Source: an uncultured Oscillospiraceae bacterium
GTDB lineage: Bacteria; Bacillota; Clostridia; Oscillospirales; Oscillospiraceae
Length of the DNA: 64,000 bases
Direction: 5' to 3'
Assembly (NCBI GenBank): GCA_910584045.1
Contig: CAJTYO010000008.1
Span: 1,838-65,837 of the forward strand
Under the pieces are notes generated by a model. The model was not told the DNA's origin, searched no databases, and was given only the letters and a program-made list of their open reading frames with translations. Below are positions 9,364 through 18,480 of this stretch, one piece after another. The first letter of the stretch is position 1. Every line of letters starts with the position of its first letter. The position numbers and the translations under genes are program-made.

Positions 9364-9693
9364 GTGGACGTGTTTCATGGAGAAGGCGCGCAGCTGCTGA
9401 TTAGCGCTCTGCTGTCGCTGCGGACGGAGGAGGATTGCCGTGCCTTTCTGGAGGACCTGATGACCGGAAAGGAGATCCAGGAGTGCTGTCAGCGCATACT
9501 AGTGGCCAGGCTGCTGCGGGAGAAGCAGGTCTACAGCGCCATATCCGCCGCTACCGGTGCCAGCACCGCCACCATCAGCCGGGTCAACCGTTGCTGTAGC
9601 TATGGCGCAGGAGGATATCAGATGGTGCTGGATCGGCTGGCGGCGGATGACGGGTGCGCTTATACTGGGATCACGATAAGCAAGGAGGAGTGA
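9364..9693 (+). CDS. YerC/YecD (TrpR-related) family DNA-binding protein
   Basis: LSLRTEEDCRAFLEDLMT.KEIQE..QR..VARLL.EK..Y..I...TGASTATISRVNR is the YerC/TrpR-like signature. GTG start 9 nt after AGGAGG. First gene of the his operon. Confidence 0.8.
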   Translation: MDVFHGEGAQLLISALLSLRTEEDCRAFLEDLMTGKEIQECCQRILVARLLREKQVYSAISAATGASTATISRVNRCCSYGAGGYQMVLDRLAADDGCAYTGITISKEE

Positions 9694-9697
9694 AAAT

Positions 9698-10798
9698 ATG
9701 CTTGCATCCCCTTCCCTGCGCCCGGACGAGCGGGCCGGGCTGCAACTGCGGGAGCTGTACCGGAAGCACGGTTACCTGCCCTACCGCATGAGCAAATTTG
9801 AACCCTACGATTTATATGCGCGGAACAAGAGCTTTCTGGTCAGTGAGGACATTCTGACCTTCACTGATACAGACGGACGGCTGATGGCCCTCAAACCGGA
9901 CGTCACCCTCTCCATCGTCAAGAATGCCCGGCCGGCCGCTGGCGGATTGGAGAAGGTCTATTACCACGAAAACGTCTACCGCACCACCTCCGCCGGGCTG
10001 GGGTTTCGTGAAATTATGCAAACCGGACTGGAGTGCATCGGCAGTCTGAACCTGGCGGCCATGGGGGAGGTGCTGGCCCTGGCGGCGGAAAGCCTGCGGC
10101 TGCTGGGCGGTGGATATCTGCTGGATCTGGGGCACACGGGACTGATCTCCGGACTGCTGGAACAGGTTCCGGAGGAAGGGCTCAGAACCCGGCTCCTCAC
10201 CGAGCTGGGTCGAAAGAACACGCCGGCTATCGAACAGCTCTGCGCCCAGGCGGGGGCGGAGCAGGGACTGACGGGCCGTCTCTGCTCCCTGGCCCGGCTG
10301 TACGGGCCGCCGGAGGAGGTGCTGCCCCGGCTGGAGGAATTGGCTGAAGGGGACTGGGCCCGGGATGCGCTGGCGGAGTTGGCGGGCCTGTGCCGGGTCA
10401 TGGAAGCCCTGGGTCTGCTGGAAGGACTGCGGTTGGATTTCTCCATCGCAAACGATATGCGGTATTATAACGGCATCATCTTCCGGGGGTATCTGCCGGG
10501 TCTGGCCAGCGGCATACTTGCTGGCGGGCGGTACGATAACCTGCTGCGCCGCATGGGAACGACAGGTCAGGCCATCGGCTTCGCGGTGTACCTCGACCAG
10601 CTCGAGCGACTGGACGGGAACGGAGGGGCCGATGTAGACGTACTGTTGCTTTATCCGCCGGAGGCGGACCCCGTTGCCGTGGTGAAGCGGTCTGCGGAAC
10701 TGTCGGCGGCGGGCCGCAGCGTTCGCACGGAACTAGAGCTCCCCCGGGACCTGCGCTGGCGGGAACTGGTACGGTTTGAGGAAGGAGGCGGACTGTGA
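9698..10798 (+). CDS. hisZ: ATP phosphoribosyltransferase regulatory subunit
   Basis: HisRS-like paralog without an anticodon domain (FEPYDLY, LKPDVT, YYNGIIFRGY). Directly precedes a short-form hisG. Confidence 0.9.
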   Translation: MLASPSLRPDERAGLQLRELYRKHGYLPYRMSKFEPYDLYARNKSFLVSEDILTFTDTDGRLMALKPDVTLSIVKNARPAAGGLEKVYYHENVYRTTSAGLGFREIMQTGLECIGSLNLAAMGEVLALAAESLRLLGGGYLLDLGHTGLISGLLEQVPEEGLRTRLLTELGRKNTPAIEQLCAQAGAEQGLTGRLCSLARLYGPPEEVLPRLEELAEGDWARDALAELAGLCRVMEALGLLEGLRLDFSIANDMRYYNGIIFRGYLPGLASGILAGGRYDNLLRRMGTTGQAIGFAVYLDQLERLDGNGGADVDVLLLYPPEADPVAVVKRSAELSAAGRSVRTELELPRDLRWRELVRFEEGGGL

Positions 10799-11439
10799 TA
10801 GACGGCATGGTCAGTGTGGCGCTGCCAAAAGGGCGGCTGGGCGAGAAGGTTTACGCCCGCCTCAAGACTGCCGGTTATCCCTGCCCCTCCATTGAGGAGG
10901 AGAACCGGCGGCTTATCTTTGATAACCCCGTGGCGGGGGTCCGGTACTTCTGGGTGAAGCCGTCAGACGTGGCCATCTATGTGGAGCGGGGTGCGGCAGA
11001 CGTGGGGGTGGCCGGAAAGGATATCCTGCTGGAGTACGCCCCCGACATATACGAACTGACGGACCTAGGGCTGGGACTGTGCCGGATGTGCGTGGCAGCG
11101 AAGAAGGACTTTCGGGACCGGACGGACAGACTGTTGCGGGTGGCCACGAAATTTCCACGGATCGCTCGCGGGTACTACGCCTCCATAAGCCGGGACATAG
11201 ACATCATCCACTTAAACGGCTCCATTGAGATCGCCCCTATTCTTGGGCTCAGCGATGTGATTGTGGACATTGTTGAGACGGGAAAGACCCTGCTGGAGAA
11301 CGGTTTGGAGCCCAAGGCGGTTATTGTCCCTATCTCCGCCCGGCTCATTGCCAACAAGGTCAGCTATAAGTTCAAGCACGATCAGATTATGGAGCTGTGC
11401 CGCCGGGTAGAGGCACAGTCCGGGAAGGATAAGTCATGA
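10795..11439 (+). CDS. hisG: ATP phosphoribosyltransferase, short form
   Basis: LPKGRL ... DVAIYVERGAADVGVAGKD ... DIVETGKTL. 214 aa. The start overlaps the hisZ stop. Confidence 0.95.
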   Translation: MIDGMVSVALPKGRLGEKVYARLKTAGYPCPSIEEENRRLIFDNPVAGVRYFWVKPSDVAIYVERGAADVGVAGKDILLEYAPDIYELTDLGLGLCRMCVAAKKDFRDRTDRLLRVATKFPRIARGYYASISRDIDIIHLNGSIEIAPILGLSDVIVDIVETGKTLLENGLEPKAVIVPISARLIANKVSYKFKHDQIMELCRRVEAQSGKDKS

Positions 11440-12716
11440 TGAAGATATTAGACACAGCCCAGGTCCCTCTCTCGGAGATTCTGGACCGGACGGAGAACCA
11501 GCGGGATATTTCTGGTGCCGTGGCTGGGATCATCGCCGAGGTTCGCAAAAACGGCGACGCCGCTTTGCGGCGGTACGCGCGGGAATTTGACAGAGCGGAT
11601 CTTGACGAGCTAGAAGTCCCGCAGGAACGGACGGACGCAGCACTGGCGAACCTGGAGCCCACTCTGCGGGAGGCGATGGAGGAGGCGGCGGAGAACATCC
11701 GCGCCTTCCACCGCCGGCAGGTGCAGAACGGATTTGTCATCGTCGATAAGCCCGGTGTTGTCCTGGGGCAAAAAGTGACGCCCATTGAGAAGGTTGGCGT
11801 ATATATTCCCGGGGGCACCGCCCCCCTGTTTTCCACCGTGCTGATGGACTGTGTTCCCGCCAAAATTGCGGGCTGTCCGGAGATCATTATAGTCTCGCCC
11901 CCCACCTGCTGCGGGGACGTGCACCCCGCCATTCTGGCCGCCGCGCGGATCGCGGGTGTGGACCGGGTGTTCCGCTGCGGCGGAGCCCAGGCCGTCGCAG
12001 CGCTGGCATATGGGACAGAGAGCATCCCCAGAGTGGACAAAATCGTGGGCCCCGGCAATCCCTTCGTGCAGGAGGCGAAACGGCAGGTATTCGGAGCAGT
12101 TGGCATCGATATGATCGCCGGTCCCAGCGACATCCTGGTCATCGCCGACGGGGACAGCGATCCCCGCCAGGTGGCCGCCGATCTGCTCAGCCAGGCAGAG
12201 CACGACAACGGCTGCGCCGTTTTAGTCACCGACTCCCCCACTCTGGCTCAGGCAGCGGAGCGTGAAATCGAGTGCCAGCTGACGGAACTGCCCCTGAAGG
12301 AGAGCACCCGCGCCTCCCTGGAGAAGAACGGTAAGATCATTCTGGTCAGGGATATTCCGGAAGCCGTCCGAATCGCCAACGCCCTAGCTCCCGAGCACCT
12401 GGAGCTGTGCGTGGACGAGCCCTTCTCTTTCCTGGAGCAGGTGAAAAACGCCGGTTCCATCTTTCTGGGCCGCTCCTGCCCGGAGGCGGTGGGGGACTAC
12501 TTCGCAGGGTCCAACCACACCCTGCCCACCTATGGCACTGCGCGGTATGCCAGCGCCCTGTCGGTAGAGGATTTTGTGAAGAAGTCGCAATTCATCTTTT
12601 ACAGCAGCGAGGCCCTCGCCGTCGACGCCGGCAAGATTGCTCTTCTTGCCCGGGAGGAGGGACTGGAGGCACACGCCCGCAGTGCTTTGGCAAGGGGTAA
12701 AAGCGAACGCACTTGA
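11436..12716 (+). CDS. hisD: Histidinol dehydrogenase
   Basis: GVYIPGGTAPLFSTVLM, GGAQAVAALAYGTESIP.VDKIVGPGN, AGPSD, SQAEHD. Confidence 0.95.
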   Translation: MMKILDTAQVPLSEILDRTENQRDISGAVAGIIAEVRKNGDAALRRYAREFDRADLDELEVPQERTDAALANLEPTLREAMEEAAENIRAFHRRQVQNGFVIVDKPGVVLGQKVTPIEKVGVYIPGGTAPLFSTVLMDCVPAKIAGCPEIIIVSPPTCCGDVHPAILAAARIAGVDRVFRCGGAQAVAALAYGTESIPRVDKIVGPGNPFVQEAKRQVFGAVGIDMIAGPSDILVIADGDSDPRQVAADLLSQAEHDNGCAVLVTDSPTLAQAAEREIECQLTELPLKESTRASLEKNGKIILVRDIPEAVRIANALAPEHLELCVDEPFSFLEQVKNAGSIFLGRSCPEAVGDYFAGSNHTLPTYGTARYASALSVEDFVKKSQFIFYSSEALAVDAGKIALLAREEGLEAHARSALARGKSERT

Positions 12717-12810
12717 AAGAAAAACGTCAAGAAATGTTTCGGCACAGCTTCGCTTTGCCTGTCGTTCTTCGGAGTGTTTTTTGCGCAGACCCCAGAGACA
12801 GGAGGTTTTT

Positions 12811-13878
12811 ATGAGTAAATTTTTGAGCGCACGGTTCTCCGGCTTGGAGGCCTACGTACCTGGCGAACAACCCCAGGATATGCAGTATGTCAAGCTGAAT
12901 ACCAACGAATCACCTTTTCCCCCTGCTCCGGCAGTGCTGGAGGCAGTGAGCGCGGCGGAGGTCAGCCGGCTGAATCTCTACCCCGACCCGGAGGGGCGGG
13001 CTCTGCGGGAGGCGCTGGCGAGGCACTATGAGGTAAAGGTGGAGAATGTTTTCCTGGCCAACGGGTCCGACGAGCTGCTGAACTTCTTTTTCATGACCTT
13101 CTGCGACGAGGAGAGGCCGGTGGCCTTTCCCGAGGTCAGTTATGGGTTTTATCCGGTGTATGCCAACCTCTACCGGCTGCCCTTCCGGGCGGTCCCCCTG
13201 CGGGCGGAGTTCCGGCTGGAGCCGGAGGACTACTGCGGCATCGGATCAAACATTGTGATTGCCAACCCCAACGCCCCCACCGGGCGGATTATCGGTGTGA
13301 ATGAGATCGAACGGATCGTTCGCAGCAACTCGGATCATGTGGTACTGATCGACGAGGCGTACATCGACTTCGGCGGGGAGAGCTGCCTGCCGCTGGTGGA
13401 GAAATATGACAACCTGTTGGTATGTCAGACCTTCTCTAAATTCCGCTCTCTGGCGGGCGGACGGCTGGGCTTCGCCATAGGCAGCCCTGCGCTGATTGAG
13501 GATTTGGACATAATTAAGTACTCTACAAACTCCTACAACATCAACCGCCTGACCATGGCGGCGGCTGTCGCCACCGTGGAGAGCGACGAGTATTACAGGG
13601 AAAACAGCCGGATTATCCAGTCCAACCGCGCCTATACCGTGGAAGCGCTGGAGAAATTGGGCTTCGAGACCCTGCCCAGCATGGCAAACTTTATTTTCAC
13701 GCGCTCCTCCAGGGTGGATGGGGGCCGTCTATATCGGACGCTGAAAGCCCGTGGTGTACTGGTGCGGCACTGGGACAAGCCGTCCATTGCAGACTGGTGC
13801 CGAGTGACCATCGGGTCCAGGGAGCAGATGGACGTTTTCCTGGCTAAGGTTCGGGAGATTCTGGAGGAGGTGGGCTGA
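12811..13878 (+). CDS. hisC: Histidinol-phosphate aminotransferase
   Basis: LNTNESPFPP, NGSDELL, NPNAPTG, TFSKFRSLAGGRLGF. Start moved to the ATG at 12811, which follows AGGAGG. Confidence 0.9.
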   Translation: MSKFLSARFSGLEAYVPGEQPQDMQYVKLNTNESPFPPAPAVLEAVSAAEVSRLNLYPDPEGRALREALARHYEVKVENVFLANGSDELLNFFFMTFCDEERPVAFPEVSYGFYPVYANLYRLPFRAVPLRAEFRLEPEDYCGIGSNIVIANPNAPTGRIIGVNEIERIVRSNSDHVVLIDEAYIDFGGESCLPLVEKYDNLLVCQTFSKFRSLAGGRLGFAIGSPALIEDLDIIKYSTNSYNINRLTMAAAVATVESDEYYRENSRIIQSNRAYTVEALEKLGFETLPSMANFIFTRSSRVDGGRLYRTLKARGVLVRHWDKPSIADWCRVTIGSREQMDVFLAKVREILEEVG

Positions 13879-14465
13879 TGCGCGTCGCTGAGCTGTGCAG
13901 GACTACGGCGGAGACCGACATCCGCCTGCGTCTGGACCTGGATGGCACCGGACTGAGTCAGATCGCCACCGGCTGCGGCTTTTTGGACCACATGCTGATC
14001 CTCTTCGCCCGGCACGGACGCTTTGATCTGTCTGTACAGTGCAAGGGGGACACCTATGTGGACGACCACCATACGGTGGAGGATGTAGGCATTTGTCTAG
14101 GGGACGCCTTTGCCCAGGCCCTGGGAGACAAGCGGGGCGTAACACGCTACGGCTCCATGCTGCTGCCCATGGACGAGGCACTGCTTCTCACCGCCGTGGA
14201 CCTGTCCGGCCGGGGGATGCTGTGCTGCGACCTGCACATTCCCACCCAGAAGGTTGGGACTTTTGACACAGAACTGGCAGAGGAGTTCTTCATCGCCCTA
14301 GCCCGCCATGGGGATATGACCATCCACATCCGGCAGCTGGCGGGGAACAACAGCCACCACATCATTGAGGGCACTTTCAAAAGTCTGGCCCGCTCCCTGG
14401 GGGCCGCCGCCGCCATTGATCCCCGGTTTTCTCAGGAAATCCCCTCCACCAAGGGGGTGTTGTAG
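13878..14465 (+). CDS. hisB: Imidazoleglycerol-phosphate dehydratase
   Basis: RTTAETDI, GFLDHML, DDHHTVEDVGI, NSHHIIE.FKSLAR. Confidence 0.95.
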   Translation: MRVAELCRTTAETDIRLRLDLDGTGLSQIATGCGFLDHMLILFARHGRFDLSVQCKGDTYVDDHHTVEDVGICLGDAFAQALGDKRGVTRYGSMLLPMDEALLLTAVDLSGRGMLCCDLHIPTQKVGTFDTELAEEFFIALARHGDMTIHIRQLAGNNSHHIIEGTFKSLARSLGAAAAIDPRFSQEIPSTKGVL

Positions 14466-14466
14466 C

Positions 14467-15084
14467 GTGATAGCCATCATTGATTACGGCGTGGGCAACC
14501 TGTTCTCTCTGAAAAGCTCTTTTGCCGCCATCGGCGCGGAGACGGTCGTCACTGGAGAAGCGGAGGTGATCCGAGCCGCAGACAAGCTGATCCTCCCCGG
14601 CGTGGGGGCCTTCGGCGACGCAGCAGCGTTGCTGCGCCGGTGTGGCCTGGACAAATTGGTCTGTGCAGAGGCTTGGGGCGGCAAGCCTCTGCTGGGCATT
14701 TGTCTGGGGATGCAGCTCCTTTTTGACTACGGGCTGGAATATGGACACCACAAAGGGCTGGGGCTGATTCCCGGCTGTGTGCGGCCCATTGCAGACCATA
14801 TACCGGCAGAATACAAGATTCCCCATATCGGCTGGAACGCCCTGCGCTTCCCCGCCGGGAAGCCGGCGAGCCCCCTATTCCAGCACATCCAGGAGGGGGA
14901 CTGCGTGTACTTTGTCCACTCCTTCTGCGGTGCGGAATGCGAGGAGAGCGTCATCGCCTATGCGGAGTATGGAGCTCAGCTGACGGCGGCGGTGGGACGA
15001 GACAGCATATACGGCGTCCAGTTCCATCCGGAGAAGAGTGGAGACGTTGGATTAAATATCCTGCGGGCATTCTGTGAGCTGTAG
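14467..15084 (+). CDS. hisH: Imidazole glycerol phosphate synthase, glutaminase subunit
   Basis: IAIIDYGVGNLFS, LPGVGAFG, GICLGMQLL, HIGWN, YFVHS, QFHPEKS. GTG start at 14467, right after the hisB stop. Confidence 0.9.
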   Translation: MIAIIDYGVGNLFSLKSSFAAIGAETVVTGEAEVIRAADKLILPGVGAFGDAAALLRRCGLDKLVCAEAWGGKPLLGICLGMQLLFDYGLEYGHHKGLGLIPGCVRPIADHIPAEYKIPHIGWNALRFPAGKPASPLFQHIQEGDCVYFVHSFCGAECEESVIAYAEYGAQLTAAVGRDSIYGVQFHPEKSGDVGLNILRAFCEL

Positions 15085-15095
15085 GAGGGATTAAT

Positions 15096-15815
15096 ATGCT
15101 AATATTTCCCGCAATTGATCTAAAGGACGGGAAGGTAGTGCGCCTCTATAAGGGCGACTTTGGTACCGTCCATCAGGTGGCGGAGGACCCCGTTGATACG
15201 GCGAGGGCTTTCCGAGACGCCGGGGCCCTGTATCTCCACATGGTGGACCTGGACGGCGCCCGGGACGGCAAACGAAAAAACAGCGCCCTAGTCCATGCCG
15301 TGTCGAAGATTGGACTGCGTATCGAGCTGGGCGGCGGCATCCGGTCCATGGCAGACCTGGACACAGTGTTTGACCTGGGCGTCTGGCGGGCGGTGATCGG
15401 CTCCGCCGCAGTGTCCGACCCGGATTTTGTCCAGCAGGCAGTGGAACGATACGGCCCGGAGCGCATCGCCGTGGGCATCGATACCAAGGACGGTCTGGTC
15501 CGCACCTCCGGCTGGGAGGAAAATGCCAAGCTGGACTACATTTCTTTTGCAAAGAAAGTAGAAGCAAATGGTGTGAAGTATATAATCTTTACAGATATAG
15601 AGACCGATGGCACCCTCTCTGGCCCCTCCTACCAGCGTCTGGAGGCCCTGCAAAGGGCCGTATCCTGCTCTATCACCGCTTCTGGCGGCGTGTCCTCCAA
15701 CGAGGACCTGCGCCAGCTGCGGGATCGAGAGTTGTACGCCGCCATTATTGGTAAGGCGTGGTACGCCGGAGCCGTCGATCTGGCCCGGGCGGTACAGGAA
15801 GGAGGTCCCCAGTGA
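15096..15815 (+). CDS. hisA: 1-(5-phosphoribosyl)-5-[(5-phosphoribosylamino)methylideneamino]imidazole-4-carboxamide isomerase
   Basis: IFPAIDLKDGKVVRL.KGD, LHMVDLDGA, GGGIRS, IIFTDI..DGTLSG. Confidence 0.95.
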   Translation: MLIFPAIDLKDGKVVRLYKGDFGTVHQVAEDPVDTARAFRDAGALYLHMVDLDGARDGKRKNSALVHAVSKIGLRIELGGGIRSMADLDTVFDLGVWRAVIGSAAVSDPDFVQQAVERYGPERIAVGIDTKDGLVRTSGWEENAKLDYISFAKKVEANGVKYIIFTDIETDGTLSGPSYQRLEALQRAVSCSITASGGVSSNEDLRQLRDRELYAAIIGKAWYAGAVDLARAVQEGGPQ

Positions 15816-16570
15816 TTACAAAGCGCATCATTCCGTGTCTGGATGTACAGGATGGACGGGTTGTCAAGGGAGTTAACTTTCTGGGATTGGCGGACGTCAG
15901 CTCTCCGGTGAAGCTGGCGAAGTTCTACTCCGACTGTGGCGCAGATGAGCTAGTGTTCTACGACATCACTGCCTCTGCTGAGGGGCGGGCACTGTTTACG
16001 GACATTCTCACAGATGTGGCCTCCACCATCTTCATCCCCCTTACCGTGGGCGGCGGCATCAATACGGTGGACGACTTCGACCGGGTGCTGAAGTGCGGCG
16101 CAGACAAGGTCAGCGTCAACTCCGGCGCCCTCCGAGACTCTTCCCTCATCCCAGCAGCGGCGAAAAAATACGGTGACCAGTGCGTGGTATTGTCCGTGGA
16201 CGCCAAACGGGTGGACGGACAGTTCCGTGTCTTCGCCAAGGGCGGACGGGAGGACACTGGGCTGGACGCCATTGCCTGGATCAAATCCGGCGTTGCCAAT
16301 GGAGCTGGAGAAATCGTTCTCAACAGCATCGACACCGATGGCGTAAAAGCCGGGTTTGATCTGGAAATGCTGGAGGCGGTGTGCGATGTGGTGGACGTAC
16401 CGGTGATCGCCTCCGGCGGGGCCGGGTGCGTCGAGCATTTCAAGACGCTTTTCCACTCCCTGCCCAAGGTGGACGCGGGGCTGGCGGCTTCCATCTTCCA
16501 CTTTGGCGAGGTCTCCATTCCGGACCTCAAGCGGGAGCTGGCAAACGACGGGATCAATATGCGACTGTAG
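15812..16570 (+). CDS. hisF: Imidazole glycerol phosphate synthase, cyclase subunit
   Basis: KRIIPCLDV.DGRVVKG, ADELVFYDI, PLTVGGGI, GADKVSVNS, GAGEIVLNSID.DG. GTG start overlaps the hisA stop (GTGA). Confidence 0.95.
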   Translation: MITKRIIPCLDVQDGRVVKGVNFLGLADVSSPVKLAKFYSDCGADELVFYDITASAEGRALFTDILTDVASTIFIPLTVGGGINTVDDFDRVLKCGADKVSVNSGALRDSSLIPAAAKKYGDQCVVLSVDAKRVDGQFRVFAKGGREDTGLDAIAWIKSGVANGAGEIVLNSIDTDGVKAGFDLEMLEAVCDVVDVPVIASGGAGCVEHFKTLFHSLPKVDAGLAASIFHFGEVSIPDLKRELANDGINMRL

Positions 16571-16582
16571 GAGGAAGCCTTG

Positions 16583-17038
16583 ATGGAGTACACGCATTTT
16601 GTGTCCATCGCCGGACTGGTCAGAAACAGCCGGGGCCAAATCATTCTGGTGAACAGCCCCAGGAGGGGATGGGAATATCCAGGGGGAATGGTGGAATCTG
16701 GAGAGAGCCTGCAGGATGCGCTCCACCGGGAGATCATGGAGGAATCTGGTGTAATGGTACGTGTCATCGGTTTCTTTGGCGCCTCCAAAAATATCCAGAA
16801 GGACATCGTCAACTTGGATTTTTTATGTGAATATGTTTCTGGTGCGCTGCGGACCAGCGCGGAAAGCACAGATGTCGCCTGGTTTTCCCCGGAGGACGCC
16901 TTGGAGGCGGCCTCCTTTTCCCTGACCAGACACCGACTGTCCAATATGCTGACGGCTGCCGGTGAGATGTACTGTCTCGGCTGCCGGCATGACCCGTTTC
17001 TGGTCACGGACGAATTGCTTCTGCCTATTGCCAAATAA
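16583..17038 (+). CDS. NUDIX hydrolase embedded in the his operon
   Basis: Complete Nudix box GMVESGESLQDALHREIMEESGV (G-x5-E-x7-REUxEExGU). AGGAGGA RBS 7 nt upstream. Confidence 0.85.
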   Translation: MEYTHFVSIAGLVRNSRGQIILVNSPRRGWEYPGGMVESGESLQDALHREIMEESGVMVRVIGFFGASKNIQKDIVNLDFLCEYVSGALRTSAESTDVAWFSPEDALEAASFSLTRHRLSNMLTAAGEMYCLGCRHDPFLVTDELLLPIAK

Positions 17039-17053
17039 AAGGAGAACGATCTG

Positions 17054-17707
17054 ATGCTGAATATTGACGAGTTAAAATTTGACGTCCAGGGATTGATCCC
17101 CGCCATCGTGGTGGACGCAGCCAGCAAAAAGGTGCTGACCCTGGCCTACATGAACCGGGAGAGCCTGGATATCTCCATGAAGGAGGGCCGGACGTGCTTC
17201 TGGTCCCGGTCCCGGCAGGAGCTGTGGCGGAAGGGAGAGACCAGCGGAAACGTCCAGCACATCGTAGACATCACCGCCGACTGCGACCGGGATGCACTGG
17301 TGGTCACGGTGAATAAGGAGGGTCCCGCCTGCCATCTGGGGACGGATTCCTGCTTCAACAACAATGTGTTTGAAGGCGATCAACCCACTCCTTTCTCGGT
17401 GGAGGGGCTCTATACCCTGCTCCAGGGCCGGAAGGAAACGCTGCCGGATGGCTCTTATACCACCTATCTGTTCCAGAAGGGACTGGACAAGATTCTTAAA
17501 AAGGTGGGCGAGGAGTGTACCGAGGTCATCATCGCAGGAAAAGCCGAGGATAAACCGGAAACCATCTATGAGATCGCGGACCTCATGTACCATGTCATGG
17601 TGCTGATGGTGGAGATGGGCATCTCCGTGGAAGACGTAACGGCGGAGCTGGCCTCCCGGCACGTCATCGACCACAAAGTCAAGCAGGAGCGCGCAACCGG
17701 AAATTGA
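17054..17707 (+). CDS. hisIE: Bifunctional phosphoribosyl-AMP cyclohydrolase / phosphoribosyl-ATP pyrophosphatase
   Basis: N-terminal HisI (LAYMN.ESL, WSRSR.ELW.KGETSGN, DCD.D, CH.G..SCF) plus C-terminal HisE (SYT.YLF..G.DKILKKVGEE, E..DL.YH..VL). Confidence 0.95.
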   Translation: MLNIDELKFDVQGLIPAIVVDAASKKVLTLAYMNRESLDISMKEGRTCFWSRSRQELWRKGETSGNVQHIVDITADCDRDALVVTVNKEGPACHLGTDSCFNNNVFEGDQPTPFSVEGLYTLLQGRKETLPDGSYTTYLFQKGLDKILKKVGEECTEVIIAGKAEDKPETIYEIADLMYHVMVLMVEMGISVEDVTAELASRHVIDHKVKQERATGN

Positions 17708-17712
17708 CACAG

Positions 17713-17744
17713 GGCGGAAATGTTGTGGACATTTCCGCCTTTTT
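17713..17744 (+). terminator. Intrinsic terminator of the his operon
   Basis: Stem ggcggaaat / atttccgcc with a 9-nt loop, followed by T5. Confidence 0.75.
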
Positions 17745-18056
17745 GCTGTATACTGGGCATGGAATTAATTTGTCTGCCCGGGTATTTCCACGCTGCCTCC
17801 CCCAGCCCTCCCTCCACTGAGGGCCCTGGAAAAACGTCTGCGGCGTAAAACTCCAGCGTCCGCTGGTCCCCCCTCATCTAGCTGTCCAGACAGGCGTCCA
17901 TCAGGGACAGCACCATCTCACAGCCTACGGTGTCCTGTTTCTGTAGGCCGGGTGAAATGTAGCTCTTATACAGGTCAATGCATAAAATTGGTTATAATCT
18001 TTTTTCTCCCAAAAACATTTTTACGAAGCATACTTCGTATCAAGGTGTTATTTATT

Positions 18057-18239
18057 ATGAACTTTAAAGATTTTTTTAAGGCTAGTGTTCGCGTTCTGCG
18101 TAAAGAGCTGGAGGAAATACAGCTTCAGGTTGTAACCGCTATTGGCGTTCCCGGACGTTATTACCAAAATCTTGAGTTGGGTGATAATTTGCCAGGAATC
18201 GAATGTTTTATCGCCCGGGCGGAGGAGCGGGAATCATGA
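18057..18239 (+). CDS. Small hypothetical protein with weak, truncated XRE-type HTH resemblance
   Basis: 60 aa: LRKELEEIQLQVVTAIGVPGRYYQNLELGDNLPGIECFIARAEE loosely follows the HTH_3 pattern. The stop overlaps the next start (ATGA). AT-rich 5' region. Confidence 0.35.
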   Translation: MNFKDFFKASVRVLRKELEEIQLQVVTAIGVPGRYYQNLELGDNLPGIECFIARAEERES

Positions 18240-18466
18240 AACGGGAACAGGTACGGCCGCTGATGATGGTGTTCGGGGCCCTGGCGCTGATCCTGCTCCC
18301 CCTTGGCAGCGCGGCAGAGAACGACGCTCTGATATACGTAGGCCTGAGCTGTTTTGTCCTGGCGGCAACGGCGTGGCTCCGCTTCAACCGCTGTCCCCAC
18401 TGCCGCAGGCACCTGGGGAGCTACACCGGAAAAACCTGTCCCCACTGCGGGGAAAAACTGTTGTAA
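18236..18466 (+). CDS. Small membrane protein with a C-terminal zinc ribbon
   Basis: Two predicted TM helices (PLMMVFGALALILLPL, IYVGLSCFVLAATAWL), then CPHC-x11-CPHC. GGAGGAG RBS 8 nt upstream. Confidence 0.5.
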   Translation: MKREQVRPLMMVFGALALILLPLGSAAENDALIYVGLSCFVLAATAWLRFNRCPHCRRHLGSYTGKTCPHCGEKLL

Positions 18467-18480
18467 ACGGGAGGCAGCTA

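Noticed and set aside
15958-17127. 389-aa ORF on the minus strand (and the 258-aa ORF at 15950..16726)
   Set aside because: They are antisense to hisF, the nudix gene and hisIE. The translations are Ser/Pro/Arg/Thr-rich. Shadow ORFs.
17750-17950. Possible gene remnant between the his terminator and the HTH-like ORF, including the minus-strand 103-aa ORF at 17566..17877
   Set aside because: The 103-aa ORF runs into hisIE antisense. The other open frame is 37 codons without a start. No motif is recognisable, so it cannot be supported.
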